Of a DNA stretch of 64,000 bases, positions 1 through 11,800 are shown piece by piece. A program made the translations under genes and the position numbers. The stretch comes from Narcine bancroftii. Taxonomy: Eukaryota. Under the pieces are notes generated by a model, which was given only the letters and a program-made list of their open reading frames with translations, had not been told where the DNA came from and made no database searches. Location: NCBI RefSeq assembly GCF_036971445.1, contig NC_091470.1:156736001-156800000 (forward strand), given 5' to 3'. Numbering within the stretch: position 1 is the stretch's first letter; every line of letters begins with the position of its first letter.

Positions 1-1751
1 CTTCTAAGATATTTTCTTCTACCGTATATAAAAAGCATCTTCGTGATTTTCTCTGTGCAATTTTACAGAAATTTTTGAAAAAAAAGTCAAGAATAGTACT
101 TCCACTCTAGTTCATGTTAAATGTGCTTTCAAAATATGAATAACTAGCTTTTAACATCTATTTACCAATATTGCTTCAATGGACTGAAATGTCTCACTAC
201 TATAAATGGACTGTGGTTTAATTAATTCCTCCTATTCCTTTCCATGATTGGAGTATTAAAATACATTTATTTTCTGCAGCGTTCCCACTTCTAAAGAAAT
301 AATTTAGTATTTGTTGTTGCATTTATTGCCCAGTCTAAATTTACCACAATCTTGACCCAAAGCAGTTGGCTTGAGTTGCGAGTCCTGGCATTTAGACCCA
401 GGAGGGCGCAGCAATAGACAACCTGGGACATGAGGGACATCGGTGGTGCATAACTGAGAGATCTTATGGATCATTGAAAGCTATTTCTAGTTATATCCCA
501 ATACACTTTTAATTTATACACGTTACAGCATCATTGCATTATAAATTTTACAGCAAATCAGGTAGATTTAAAGGGAGCACAGTAACTGGGATGGTGTTGT
601 GTAGTCGGGGACTGCTGCCCTTATGAGGAGGCAAGTGGCATCAGTCAGTGTAGAGCAGTGCTCAGAAAGCAACTGTGGTTTTTATTGGTTTCCCAGAAAG
701 GTTTGGGCTGCAGCTCCCCTCACTCCGACAGCTAACCTATTGGCATCAGAAGGGTCAAAAAATAGGGTAGGACTGAGCAAGCCAGATCCCATTTATATCC
801 TACATATCCCATTTAGATCATGAAACAGGCACAATTTCAAAGCAATCGTTCAGATAATTGGGTCATGCGTTCTTGGACCACTATCTCCGACTCTCATGAA
901 TCCATTTATCAAGAAGACAGCTCTCAGTTACATCCAGTTCATCGCAGGTTTCAATGAATTTTATTCACTGATAAACTTGTACAGTGCGATAAATACTAAC
1001 AGATGCATCAATGCTAAACATCAGTGTCTCAAATGGTTTCTGTGCATCCATTAAAATAGTATGAAATTGTGGATCTTCACCATCAAGTTAGATTCTGGCT
1101 AGGCATTCGTAAATAGAGACCAGCCTTAACAATGTCAACTGCCAGAGGGAGTCTGTCCACATAACTGCCACTCACTGTTCTGAAGGTGGATGATATCCCT
1201 ACAGTATTTTTTTTAAAATTACTCTGGGTGTGGTACATACAATGAAATCTGCTCATCGTTATAAGGGGAACAGATCTCTTCATTACTTATCCAAAGATAT
1301 ACCACAAGCAGCAGCCAATAAAGTTTACTATGTACCCGGACTCGCCCTTCAGAATGCGGTAACATTAAAAGACAAGCACAGAAAATAAGATTATGCTCAT
1401 TGGAAGACCAATTAATACTGGCATTTCTAAGTCAGACCAATAAAATGCTGATAAGGATTGTTGAGGATTATATTAAAGATATAACTGATTACTTTTGAGG
1501 GGAGAGCAAAGAAAATACTTGCTCAGATTGCCCATTTCACCACTGAAGGTCACTAGGGGTCACGTCAGGAAGCAGCATCCAGGAAATTCCCGGCAGTTAA
1601 ATGAGGGGAACAGCAGATGTGGGAGTCACGGTAGAATAATAACACAGAAGGGGTTGACACTCATTTCATTGTTCAGAGTTCATGTGCCTGATGCTATAAA
1701 TATGACTTTTCAAAAGCATCCAAAAGAGGATCTACAATCTGTCAGCAATTC

Positions 1752-2724
1752 TCAAAACCGTGGCTTGTGCCTTATTCTCAGGATATTATACGTGTTCAGA
1801 CCTGGAGCATCAAATCCGGTAGATAGGCCTTTGCTGTTGAACGGAAAAAAATTAAACAGCTGTCCGTCTTGAGTTTCAAGTGACACAGAAGCAGTGTTGA
1901 ATTTCAGGACACAAGGGTATTCTTTTTCAAATACAATTTGAAAGACCCGATCTTCCAGATAACACAGCTTGATCGTTCTGTATTTCTCGGGTATCAAGGT
2001 TTCAATGTGAGGGCCAAACTGCCGCATCACTAAAATTCCGTGCTTATCCCCTTTTATCTCATAAAAGGTCAAATTCGAAAATGTGTAGTAGCCAATGTAT
2101 GGCTTGGATTCAGGAGGTGGGAACAGAATCCTGTTGCTCTGCCGAAATGCAGACTCCATGGCTGGGATTAGATAATTATAAACTCCCGTCGTCAAGTCTT
2201 CCTCCTGGGGTCGGGAACCTGACATTAAAATAATAAACCCTACCTTGAGTCGAGGTATCAGGGAGAACGTAGCGGAGTAACCATCCACATCGCCATCCTT
2301 TTTGATGACATCGTGACCAAGTTGCTCGTTGATCTCCCAAGGCGTTCCGGTCTTGTTGGCAAAGTAATCCTCAGAACACCTGAGCACCGGCGTGAACATC
2401 ACTTTCAGCGTTTCGGCCTCCAGGACACGTTTGCGAACAGCTCCCAGCAACACCATGCAGAGTTTGGCCAGGTCGGCAGCGGTTGAATACATCTGGCCAG
2501 AGGGCCGGTACCAAGCCAGGTCATAAAGCTCAGCTGCTTTCCCATTGCTGTAAACGCCGACGGATAACTGAGCACGGACTGATGGTGTGAATTCAAAGCC
2601 AGTGTGCTCCATTCCAATTTTAGTCAAGACATGCTCAGTAATCCAGTGCTGATAATCTGTCCCGGCCACGTTATTGGCGAGAACGTGAGCCAGGAGGGAA
2701 AATGCCAAATTGCTGTAATGGCAT
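1752..2724 (-). CDS. LACTBL1: LACTBL1-like serine beta-lactamase/PBP-fold protein, last coding exon
   Basis: TAG acceptor at 2725-2727; phase 2 gives R-CHYSNLAFSLLAHVLA (YxN motif), PSGQMYST and VIKKDGDVDGY (KxG motif); TGA stop at 1752-1754. Joined exons total 1689 nt = 562 aa + stop. Confidence 0.9.
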
Positions 2725-2821
2725 CTAAGAAAGACAGAGCAGTAATTATCTGTTATTTTACTACCTCTTACGTCGACTGTGCGCATACACTTCCGTAAAT
2801 TCATTCAACTAAACTATTTTC

Positions 2822-3190
2822 CCTGGAGAGAAGAATGAGGGGAGATTTGATGGAACAAATTTAAAATGATGAGGGATATAGACAGAATAAATATATACTT
2901 TTTCCACTGAGGATAGGTGAAATACAAACCAGAGCAAATGGGTTAAGGGTGAAAAGGGAAAAGTTTAGGGGGAACTTCTTCACACAGAGAGAGATGGGAG
3001 TGTGGAATGAGCTACCAGCTACAGTGGTGAATGCAAGCTCAGTTTTAACATACAAGAAGAATTTGGATGGGAGGGGTATGGAGGGCTACAAACTGGGTGC
3101 AGGTCAGTGGGACTAGACAGAAAAATAGTTCAGCACAAACTAGAAAGGCCTAAGGGCCTGTTTTTGTGCTGTAATGTTCTATGGTTCTAC
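2822..3190 (+). mobile_element. CR1 LINE 3' fragment
   Basis: CR1 ORF2 C-terminal region (GGGAACTTCTTCACACAGAGA...TGGAATGAGCTACCA) and GTTCTATGGTTCTA tail. Confidence 0.75.
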
Positions 3191-3399
3191 ATCACATGCC
3201 CAGGTTAAATGGACATGGCGGCAGTAGCACTAATGCCTTGCACATGCTGACAACATGTCAGGTTTGAAAGCTGGACCAGGCGAATAAACAATGGTATACC
3301 ACTGTTCCCCACTAATGGGGAGACACTGACAGTGGGTATCCGCCCATAATATTACAGTTACGTCAAATATGTCCTTGGAACTATGAATGATAAAGGCCA

Positions 3400-3756
3400 G
3401 TGGAGCTTAGTACAGAGTCGATGTGGCAAGGTTGTTTCCCCATGATAGGGGAGTCTAGGACAAGAGGGCACAATTTCAGGATAAAAGGGTGTCAATTCAA
3501 AACTAAGATGTAGAGAATTTTCTTTAGCTAGAGGGTTGCGAGTCTGTGGTCCACAGGCGGCTGTGGACGTGAGATTGTTGGGTGTATTTAAGGCAGAGAT
3601 TGACAGGTACTTGATTAGTCAATGGATCAAAGGTTATGGGGAGAAGGCCGGGGAGACGGGGTGAGTGGGTGGATGGATCAGTTCATGATAAAATGTCAAA
3701 GCAGACTCAATGGGCCAACTGGCCTACGTCTGCTCCAAAATCTTGTGATCTTGTGA
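3400..3756 (+). mobile_element. CR1 LINE 3' fragment
   Basis: GGAGTCTAGGACAAGAGGGCACAA also seen near 36030; TCTTGTGA tail. Confidence 0.7.
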
Positions 3757-4274
3757 ACTCCCATTTAAGATGCTCAGAAATATAGACCTGCTTCATCTCA
3801 CATTAAATATTTAACCACCAGTGAAATCATGGCCTGCAGTTCAGTTAAAATGAGAGTAAAATACCAAGCAAAAGTGCTTTCAGACAATTTTTCTGCTGCT
3901 TGCAATAAAAGTTACTTTAAAACTGTCTTTATGGGAGAAAATGCCACTGTGTATATTTAATGAGAAACGTTTGTATATATTTTGGTTGATATGGTTCACA
4001 GTGTGAAAAATAAAAAAATGTCTTCATGAATTATTGGAATGGGATGAGTTTCGATCATTTTGTTTAGGATGGTAGAAATCCTTTGGAAAAATATCGAATT
4101 ATAGCAAAATTATATCAAATAAATATTGGAATATTTTACTTAGTAGTGATGGAAATTTAAACTAAAATCTATAGGAGAACTAGAGTTTTGATTAGTCAAC
4201 AATTATTTTAAAAGACAGAAGTTTTATGGCACCGTCTGTCAGCATTGGTGGAGGATATAACAATTGAGTTGCAC

Positions 4275-4380
4275 CTCGTGCCAGGATCCGCAACGAGCAA
4301 GTCGTCCCGCAGGAGATTCAGCGCCATCTCGGTATTCCCATCCCACAGCAGGCTTGTTGACCTCAGTCGCCTGGGTAAAC
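4275..4380 (-). CDS. LACTBL1: LACTBL1-like coding exon 5
   Basis: CAG acceptor 4381-4383, donor AG|GTGCAA; encodes GLPRRLRSTSLLWDGNTEMALNLLRDDLLVADPGTR, phase 1 in and phase 2 out, fitting neighbours. This frame is not in the ORF track. Confidence 0.9.
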
Positions 4381-4434
4381 CTGAAAATCATTTCAGACAA
4401 CATTTCAATAGTTTGGCAACATAAAACAGCACAG

Positions 4435-4655
4435 GAAAGATTGCAGATGTTGGAATCTGGAGTAAATTTTAAAAAATCAGATGGAGGAACTCCAGGGTCG
4501 AGCAGCATCAGTGGGGGAAAAAGAACTGGGCCTGAACCCATTCCCCATTCTTTTGACAGGTTCAGACCTGTATCATCGACAGTTCTTTTTCTTCCACTGA
4601 TGCTGCTCAACCCCTGAGTTCCTCCAGTAAATTGTGTGGTTTTTTTTTTTGCAAT
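4435..4655. repeat. Palindromic Penelope-like terminal-repeat element (family also at about 13395-13480, 15580-15740, 36660-36830, 50025-50160, 53100-53205)
   Basis: Arms TGGAGGAACTCCAGGGTCGAGCAGCATCAGTGG (from 4482) and CCACTGATGCTGCTCAACCCCTGAGTTCCTCCA (to 4626). Confidence 0.6.
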
Positions 4656-4907
4656 ACTTGTAGGGGCTTGGAGCAATTAAAAAATGGATGTCAAGAAAAT
4701 TGGGTTGGGCAGCGAGAAGAGCTGCTGTCTCACTGCTCCGGAAACTCAGGTTCACTTCTGATCTTTGCTATTATTTACATGGAGTTTCATGTTCTCCCCG
4801 TGGCCATGCTCAGAAGCGCTAATAGAATCCGTGTCAAGGGGATAGGATGTGTAGTGAATAGATCATGGGGAAATTAGTGGGAAAATCAGAGCTGTTATAG
4901 ACTTGTC

Positions 4908-5010
4908 TGAGAGAGAAAGAGAGAGAGAGAGCGAGCGAAAGAGGGAGCAAAAGAGAGAACGAGAACGAGAGAGAGAAAGAGAGAGAACGAGAACGAGAGA
5001 AAGAGAGAAC

Positions 5011-5042
<32 letters not shown>

Positions 5043-5187
5043 AAGAGAGAAAGAGAGAAAGAGAGAAAGAGAGAGAGAGAACGAGAGAGAACGAGAGAGA
5101 ACGAGAGAGAACGAGAGAGAACGAGAGAGAACGAGAGAGAGAACGAGAGAGAGAATGAGAGAGAAAATGAATGAATGAATGAGAGAA
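4908..5187. repeat. Compound (GA)n / (GAGAGAAC)n polypurine microsatellite
   Basis: About 280 bp of almost pure purine on the plus strand. Confidence 0.97.
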
Positions 5188-5605
5188 TTTTCATCCCTCA
5201 ATAACTCAGCATAAATAAATAATGCGGGACCAAGTCAGACGGAGTGTTTCAATGCTTGTACATCGATCACTTTGGAGCAGAGACCATGGTGATTGGCCTC
5301 TAACGTGGTCCATTCTTAAACCAGCAGTGTTTAGTGGTTGTTACTGCTTTTGTAAAGCAATTTTGAGAGTTGAGGTTTGTGGGTTAGCATAAGCAGATGG
5401 CAGCAACAAAGTGTCAAGCTTTGTGCTACTCTGCTCTCCTTTCACAGGAATAAATTCTGGGACTTCCTGAATTCCAAGCCCACATTTCCAGGTGCTGGTG
5501 TTGATAAGCATTTGATAATCAATATACATCTTACACTTTGGCTTTGAAATATAAACTCTTGTTCACAAGCGAATGACATTAACTGGGCAATATTTATTGT
5601 CTCAC

Positions 5606-5844
5606 CTGATAGCTGACTGGCCATTCTTTTCAATGTCACAGATGAGACTTTGGAAGCAACTTTCTCTCTCTCAAGAAATACCAGGCTGTCTGCTTTGTAT
5701 TTATTTTCAGAGTTTCCCAGTGGGTTTTTAACAGTGAAGTTTTTGAGGTATTTTGTTAACGGGTCATCCAAAGATACAATTTTTCCTTCCTCCCATAGTT
5801 TATACAGCATTATAGTGGGAAATATCTTGGAAATGCTTGCAATC
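5606..5844 (-). CDS. LACTBL1: LACTBL1-like coding exon 4 (catalytic SxxK)
   Basis: CAG acceptor 5845-5847, GTGAG donor; encodes RIASISKIFPTIMLYKLWEEGKIVSLDDPL...VTLKRMASQLSG. Confidence 0.92.
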
Positions 5845-6017
5845 CTGAAAAGGAAATTCATTCAGATCATGACTAAATTCAGAACTAAATTCAGAATATT
5901 TAAATATTCTTTAAATATTTTTTATGTTACACCAATGAGGGGTTACTTAAATAAGCAGTGTGGAATTAATAACTGAATTACGCCCAATACGCCAGAAAGA
6001 TTGGTGTGGAAAATTAC

Positions 6018-6175
6018 CTGTAAGCAGTATATTCATTTGGAGGTGGTGAGAACTCATCGGAAACATTTCTTTTGCCAAAGTTTCCTGTCCACAGCACAGT
6101 GTCATTGTATACTACAATAGCAGATATAGATGGCAGACTCATTGGATGTATCTGATGGCGCAGAAAGAAGTCAAT
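6018..6175 (-). CDS. LACTBL1: LACTBL1-like coding exon 3
   Basis: CAG acceptor 6176-6178, GTAATT donor; encodes IDFFLRHQIHPMSLPSISAIVVYNDTVLWTGNFGKRNVSDEFSPPPNEYTAY(R). Confidence 0.9.
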
Positions 6176-7647
6176 CTGTATGAAGACAGAAATATTTGCC
6201 TGAATTTATCATGAAAATTCAAATAGAGCAAAATTATACTAGTTCATTGACTAGAGTGAATGGGTAGGTCTTGTCTTTGTGCACAAGGAACTGATAGTAT
6301 GGATTCCACATTTTACATCACATCCCATGTCAACCTTGGCAAGGAGTCAGCCCTCTCTCTTCCAAGTCAAAAGATTACTGGTTCAATTGCCATTCCAAAC
6401 ATGAGCATAATTCGTGCAGACTCGAGTTGAAGGCTATCATGTACATTACATTTTGTTGTATTACTACATGTCAATAAAAAATTGAACATATGAAACTTTT
6501 AAGCATTTATATTCCATTATTGTAAAAACTTGTGTATTATGTAGTCTTCTTTCTTCCAGCTCATTTTTTTTTTTACAAATCCTTTCTGGTATCTTTGTGT
6601 GCTTTCCACCATCTGAATGGTTTCAAACATAATTTATGAATACTCCCTCATTCCCTTAATTTATCAGCCTTTCCAAGATCTTTTTATGTTTTTATTTTCC
6701 TCAATTGCAAAGCTATATTAACCTATTGAAAGACTAAATCGCTTTATACTTGCTTTTATCTGCATTACCCAGATTAAGGTGAGCCTGCGCATCTCAATCT
6801 AGTCGCGAAAAAGGTCCAAATCTCACCCACCTATTGTTAGTGGTTGAGACGAGAAGTACCAGCATTTAAATGCCCAAACTCCTTTCTGTGACTTAGATGC
6901 CAAGGTTCCTCCCCCCCCCCCCCCCCCCCCACCAAATAAACTCAAAGGTATTCCTACATGACATACAAAAAGGTATTTTCATGACTGTATGAGGACAGGA
7001 ATATCTTTTGATTATTAGGCTGAATTGTACCCAATTACGAAAGCAGATAAAGGTGCAATTTTTTCAGGAGCTGATTCTGAGAGGGAAGGCAATCTCTGAA
7101 AGGGCAATATTTATTTCATAAGTGTAATGCTGTGTTTCCATTAAATGTTAACAGTTCTGTTTTTAAAAAAAAAGAACTAGTTAAATACTATACAGAGTGC
7201 AAAATTATAGATTCAATATACTTGATTGTGGCAAAGTTACTGAAATACTTGAATGGAGCTTTTAATATTTCAAGACAATATACTTTAAAATAATCAATTA
7301 CCACAAAGATACACGAAATCTGATGTTTTTATTGGCAAGATGCTTTGCAGTAAATAATTGTGGTTTTGCAGTAAATAAACCTCAGATCTCTTGCAACAAA
7401 TTGGAGGATTTTATGCCAGATTATTGCGTAAACACCTGAAATACATGTTAATTTTTGAGGTTCACCAAGACTTTGTGGAAAGGCTAAAAACATCAGTGCC
7501 TGTCTGATAAGTACACTGAATCACTGACAACTTCAGACTTCCATTAAACTCAGAAAAATAAAAAAATAATCACTAAATTGCTGTACAACAATAATCACCA
7601 GTGGTTTTGACACCATAGGAAGTACTAAATTTCAGCCCATTACAAAC

Positions 7648-7754
7648 CTTTTCTAATGCTTCTTTTAGAACTGGTATAGGATGCATCAATGGTACAGGTT
7701 TGGGATGCCTAGGGCATATCTGAATTGCTTCAATCTTGTCAGATAAAACATCAT
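7648..7754 (-). CDS. LACTBL1: LACTBL1-like coding exon 2
   Basis: CAG acceptor 7755-7757, GTTTGT donor; encodes DVLSDKIEAIQICPRHPKPVPLMHPIPVLKEALEK; phases match. Confidence 0.87.
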
Positions 7755-8269
7755 CTGAAATAGACAAAGAAAAACACAGTGGGGAGATTTTTAGACAATA
7801 TGCATCAGGAGGACTTGCATTACTAGAAAACATTGTAACTGATCAAGGAGAGCACTTCATTCCATTTGTTACCAGGGGTGCAGTGCAAAATTTTAGATGC
7901 TGGAGTTCTCCAAAAGCATTGACAAGGACTTGCTGGAGCCACCCAATGAGGTGCCCAGAGCAGCCCTATAAGGTGACAAAGCGGCACTCCAATGAGCTTT
8001 GGCAGCACTGCACCCGTTTGTTATAGGTTGAATGCAGAGTGGATATAAAGTGTTGGAGATGGTGGGCAGGTAAAATAGCTGGGCAGAGCTTGTAGCAGTT
8101 GACAACAGGTAATACTGAACAACAAAAGATTTGCTTTCCAAAAATAAACAATGGGGATTATGATAGACAACTTCAAGCTGAATACAAATTCAGATTTGCT
8201 GCATCACATAGGTAGTTGACGAATCATTAAATTTCCGTTTACTAAATTTAGCATGTTTATTCGCATAAT

Positions 8270-8668
8270 GATCCTGACACATTGTGTTAGTTCAGTTGAC
8301 CTTAAAATGTTTTGCAGCTGATTTTTGTTTGTACTCAGCATCTGATGCCTCTTGTGTCAGTGTCCAGTTGCCCTGATACCACTTTTCCATGGTCGCAAGG
8401 TCCTGGTGAAACTTTTCACCATGCTCATCACTGACTGCACCAAGAGCAGCAGGGAAGAAGTCCAAGTGAGAATGAAGAAAATGAACTTCATGGTTTTGAA
8501 TGCTTGAAGTAGACTTAAAATATTGACAGGAAATCACAAAAATGGGTTATATCTTTAAAAAAATGGTACTTGATATGAAAATCTTCCAGCAATTTTCATG
8601 ATCAGCAGTCCAAAATCCATAAAATACATCCAAAAGTGTTCAGGAAGCAAAATCTTTGTTGTCCAGTG
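8270..8668 (-). mobile_element. Internally deleted Chapaev3 (CMC)-like DNA transposon
   Basis: Transposase C-terminal peptide HFLHSHLDFFPAALGAVSDEHGEKFHQD..MEKWYQGNW and terminus CACTGGACAACAAA at 8668; the other end is not seen. Confidence 0.7.
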
Positions 8669-8698
8669 TTCAAAATCGACAAACTTCCTTTCACTTAC

Positions 8699-8804
8699 TT
8701 GTGGCTTGCTTTGGAAGTTTGTACTGCCACACGAAGCAGCATGTCATGGTGATGGACAGAATTATAAAGAAAGCCATTCCAAGGTGAGGCCATTTCAAAT
8801 CCAT
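8699..8804 (-). CDS. LACTBL1: LACTBL1-like coding exon 1 (N-terminal signal anchor); exon acceptor lies at 8840
   Basis: ATG at 8804: MDLKWPHLGMAFFIILSITMTCCFVWQYKLPKQAT with a hydrophobic helix; GTAAGT donor. The frame is open back to a CAG acceptor at 8841-8843, so the true start may be further upstream. Confidence 0.8.
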
Positions 8805-11800
8805 TGCAGAACCTTTCTTCACACTTTGCCCGATGGCACACTGTTGGAAAGGAAAACACAGAACACAGATACACATCCCATCATTTCCTCCTTCAAGCAC
8901 TGCTATGTAGAGACAATAAAACATGTTCAGAAAAATACTTGATTTACAGAATTACAAGTCCTTAATGTGCTCAGAGGTTCAAAATTACTTTTAGCTTGCC
9001 TACAAGAAGCCAGGAACCAGCGAAGAGAATGATGTGCAGTGGAAGAAATCTATAGTGCAGCAGAGGGTTAATTTGTCACATGTCACCGAACCAATAACAG
9101 AGGATAAATCTTCATCCTGGATAAAGAGACGCAGATTTGACCAGCTTCAATCAATTCATTAGAAATTGAAATGAATATTTCCCATAGAGCGAAGAGAGTC
9201 TGCAATTCAGGAATGCCTAATGATGCTATATTACAGTGGTGTATCGATGCTTCAGGCCTGAACCCTTCCTCAAAGAACAGGAATTTCAAGTCCGCAGACT
9301 TTCATGTTTCGCAAACTCTGAAGACCAGAGAATAAGCTTCGAAACAGGTTGGACCCTGCAAAAAGGTGACAATTAAAAATAAATGTTTGGAACAATTATG
9401 AATAAAACTTTTGAGCAAGGCAAAGTGAGTGGAAAAAGTCAAGATACTCTTCATTAAATTGGCTGTCAAGACTTTTGTCATACACAACTCCGTCTCTGAA
9501 AGCTAGAACCCAATCACCTCACACACAGCATTCAAAAAGTAGTTTCAGCGTAAGTGTATAGGAATAGAAACTTGATTGGATTTAAGCTGCAGTTGTATCT
9601 AACCTCTGAAGAAGATGAAGAAGCAGTCCTTGCACGTACCTATTTACAATGGCTGAAGATTGTTCTATTCTTATTTCTTCAGGGCTCCGAAATAATGTCA
9701 TATTGCCAGGAAATGCAACATGTTGACACTTAACATTTTTGTGCATGGCAAACCCAGACTCACTGATTTGAATGATAAATTTTTTACCGTTATCAGATAT
9801 TGCTCACAACTAGCATCGTATGAACTTGAGAAATGAGAAGCAGTACTTCATTCCTTGAATAGCTCGGGTTGAAAATGACACCTGGTGAACTTGATCAGAC
9901 CAATAGTTCCAGCACATGTTCTTACCCAAAATCTTTCCGGAAGGAGGTGGAAGCAAAATTAACCAGACTTCCCGATAGTGGTCATACACCCACTATCACA
10001 GAATAACGGCAGTCTGCATGGCACACTTTGAGATTTGGGACATCCACCAAAGTCAAAATTACTTATCGTTTAAATGTGAATGAGTAAATATTGATTACAG
10101 ATCAAAGAAGGTGGAAATCTATATTTCACTGTATTATCGGTATTCATTCAGCTGCCTCACGAAAATATAACCTCCTTCTCAATGTACTCTGGTGATACCC
10201 TGTACACCACGTGTTCAGGTGCATTGACAGGAATAGACAAATGGAGAACCTGCATTGGCTCAGGGTAGCGAATTATGGGGATTTCATCTGCTTCAAAGTT
10301 TTGCAACGGCATAATTTTGGTTACATTCAGATTGATTTAAGATATACAAGTGATTATTGGAATTTGCAAGAAAGAGGGCACAATGACAAACACTTTCTAA
10401 TAAGTGGGCAAATTCACCCAGACAATGCAGCAAAGTAACAGGTGTAGAGGATCACTAACGGATGGAGAATGGCAACTTTCCCCCATCTAGCAGCCCCACA
10501 TATTAATGTGATGCGCCAAGTATCACAATATTCTTACCCATCCCTGGTCTTGATTTATATTATGCAGTACCCAGCTGCTTCAATATGCATATCCAGGACG
10601 AGATTCTGACCCTTGATCCATCCTAATCTATTGAACACAAATAAACTGTCTCTTGGAAAACAATCTATTCCCTTCATCATTCGCTCATGATCTTTCGGGA
10701 ATGAAATATGCTTCGCTTACCCAGTCTATACACAATGCCCAAGGGTCTTTCAGATCAAATTTAGCAGCAATTAGAGATAGACAACAATTGCTTCCATAGT
10801 GACACACCAACCCAGGAAAATATAAGCTCACTTTGTGAGCTTTGATCAAATCATATTTTTATGATTCTCCAAGCTGAAAAAACCCAGTTCTTCATTACTT
10901 ATCTGGGTGACTAAATGGGTTTCAAACTGACAATTAATCTTGTACTTTTCTGCACTCTTTATAAAGCTTCAACTTCACCGTTACCTTCCTGCTGAGAGGA
11001 ATGAATTCACCAACTCTATTACTAACATCAATAACATGCATTGGAAGATAACATAGAACAAGTTTCATGACTAACTACATCAGCTAATGTTAGCTAGATA
11101 AAATAATATCAGTGTTATTTTGGTCTCCGAATTATAGTGGTAATTAAGCCAAGATGAAGGCTGGAAGTCCACAGTGCAGCTTGTTGAGTAGAGGCAAGTT
11201 GAAGTAAATCAAAAAGTGCTTTCTGATATTATCCCAAATATTGCCAAAATAAACAAACGAAGCGTACAGATTAAAAGCAAATCAGCATGGACTCTGCCAC
11301 CATTTGGCTCCTATGAAAGTCAGAGCCTTTAAAAACATGTTGGTTCAATTTCTCTCCACACGAGCAGCTACTGGAAACCAGGACATGCAAACATCAGGAA
11401 TAAAGCTCTTAAAAAGGATTTCTCAGAAGCCCTAACATTAATCAATTTTTCACAGAACCAATCCCCGATGATTACTTTTAATTTCTTCAATTTAGGGTTG
11501 CCATCAAAACGTAACCATACCTTTGCTGCTCAAAATCAAAAGGTTTGATAAAGAATGCTGGCCAGTGCCTTTTCTCAGAGAAAAAGCATTTTTCAGATCC
11601 TTGTTACCAGGAAACTCACCCAACAGCATGCTTTACTCAATGGAGACATAACACAAATATATCTTCAATAAAATGCCCACCTCAAGGTTTAAGTCATGGG
11701 ACATTTGTAATGAAAGCTTGGAAATGCAGTGGTCTGATGATTTCACATCGTGGTAAATCACTAATGTGCTCTGCTCTGTCAACTCGATTTCTCCTCTCTT

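Noticed and set aside
4863-5201. SL-rich and ER-rich ORFs
   Set aside because: Translation of the GA microsatellite.
1752-5861. Bacterial beta-lactamase by contamination or recent horizontal transfer
   Set aside because: The gene is split by five phase-consistent GT-AG introns and matches the vertebrate LACTBL1 family.
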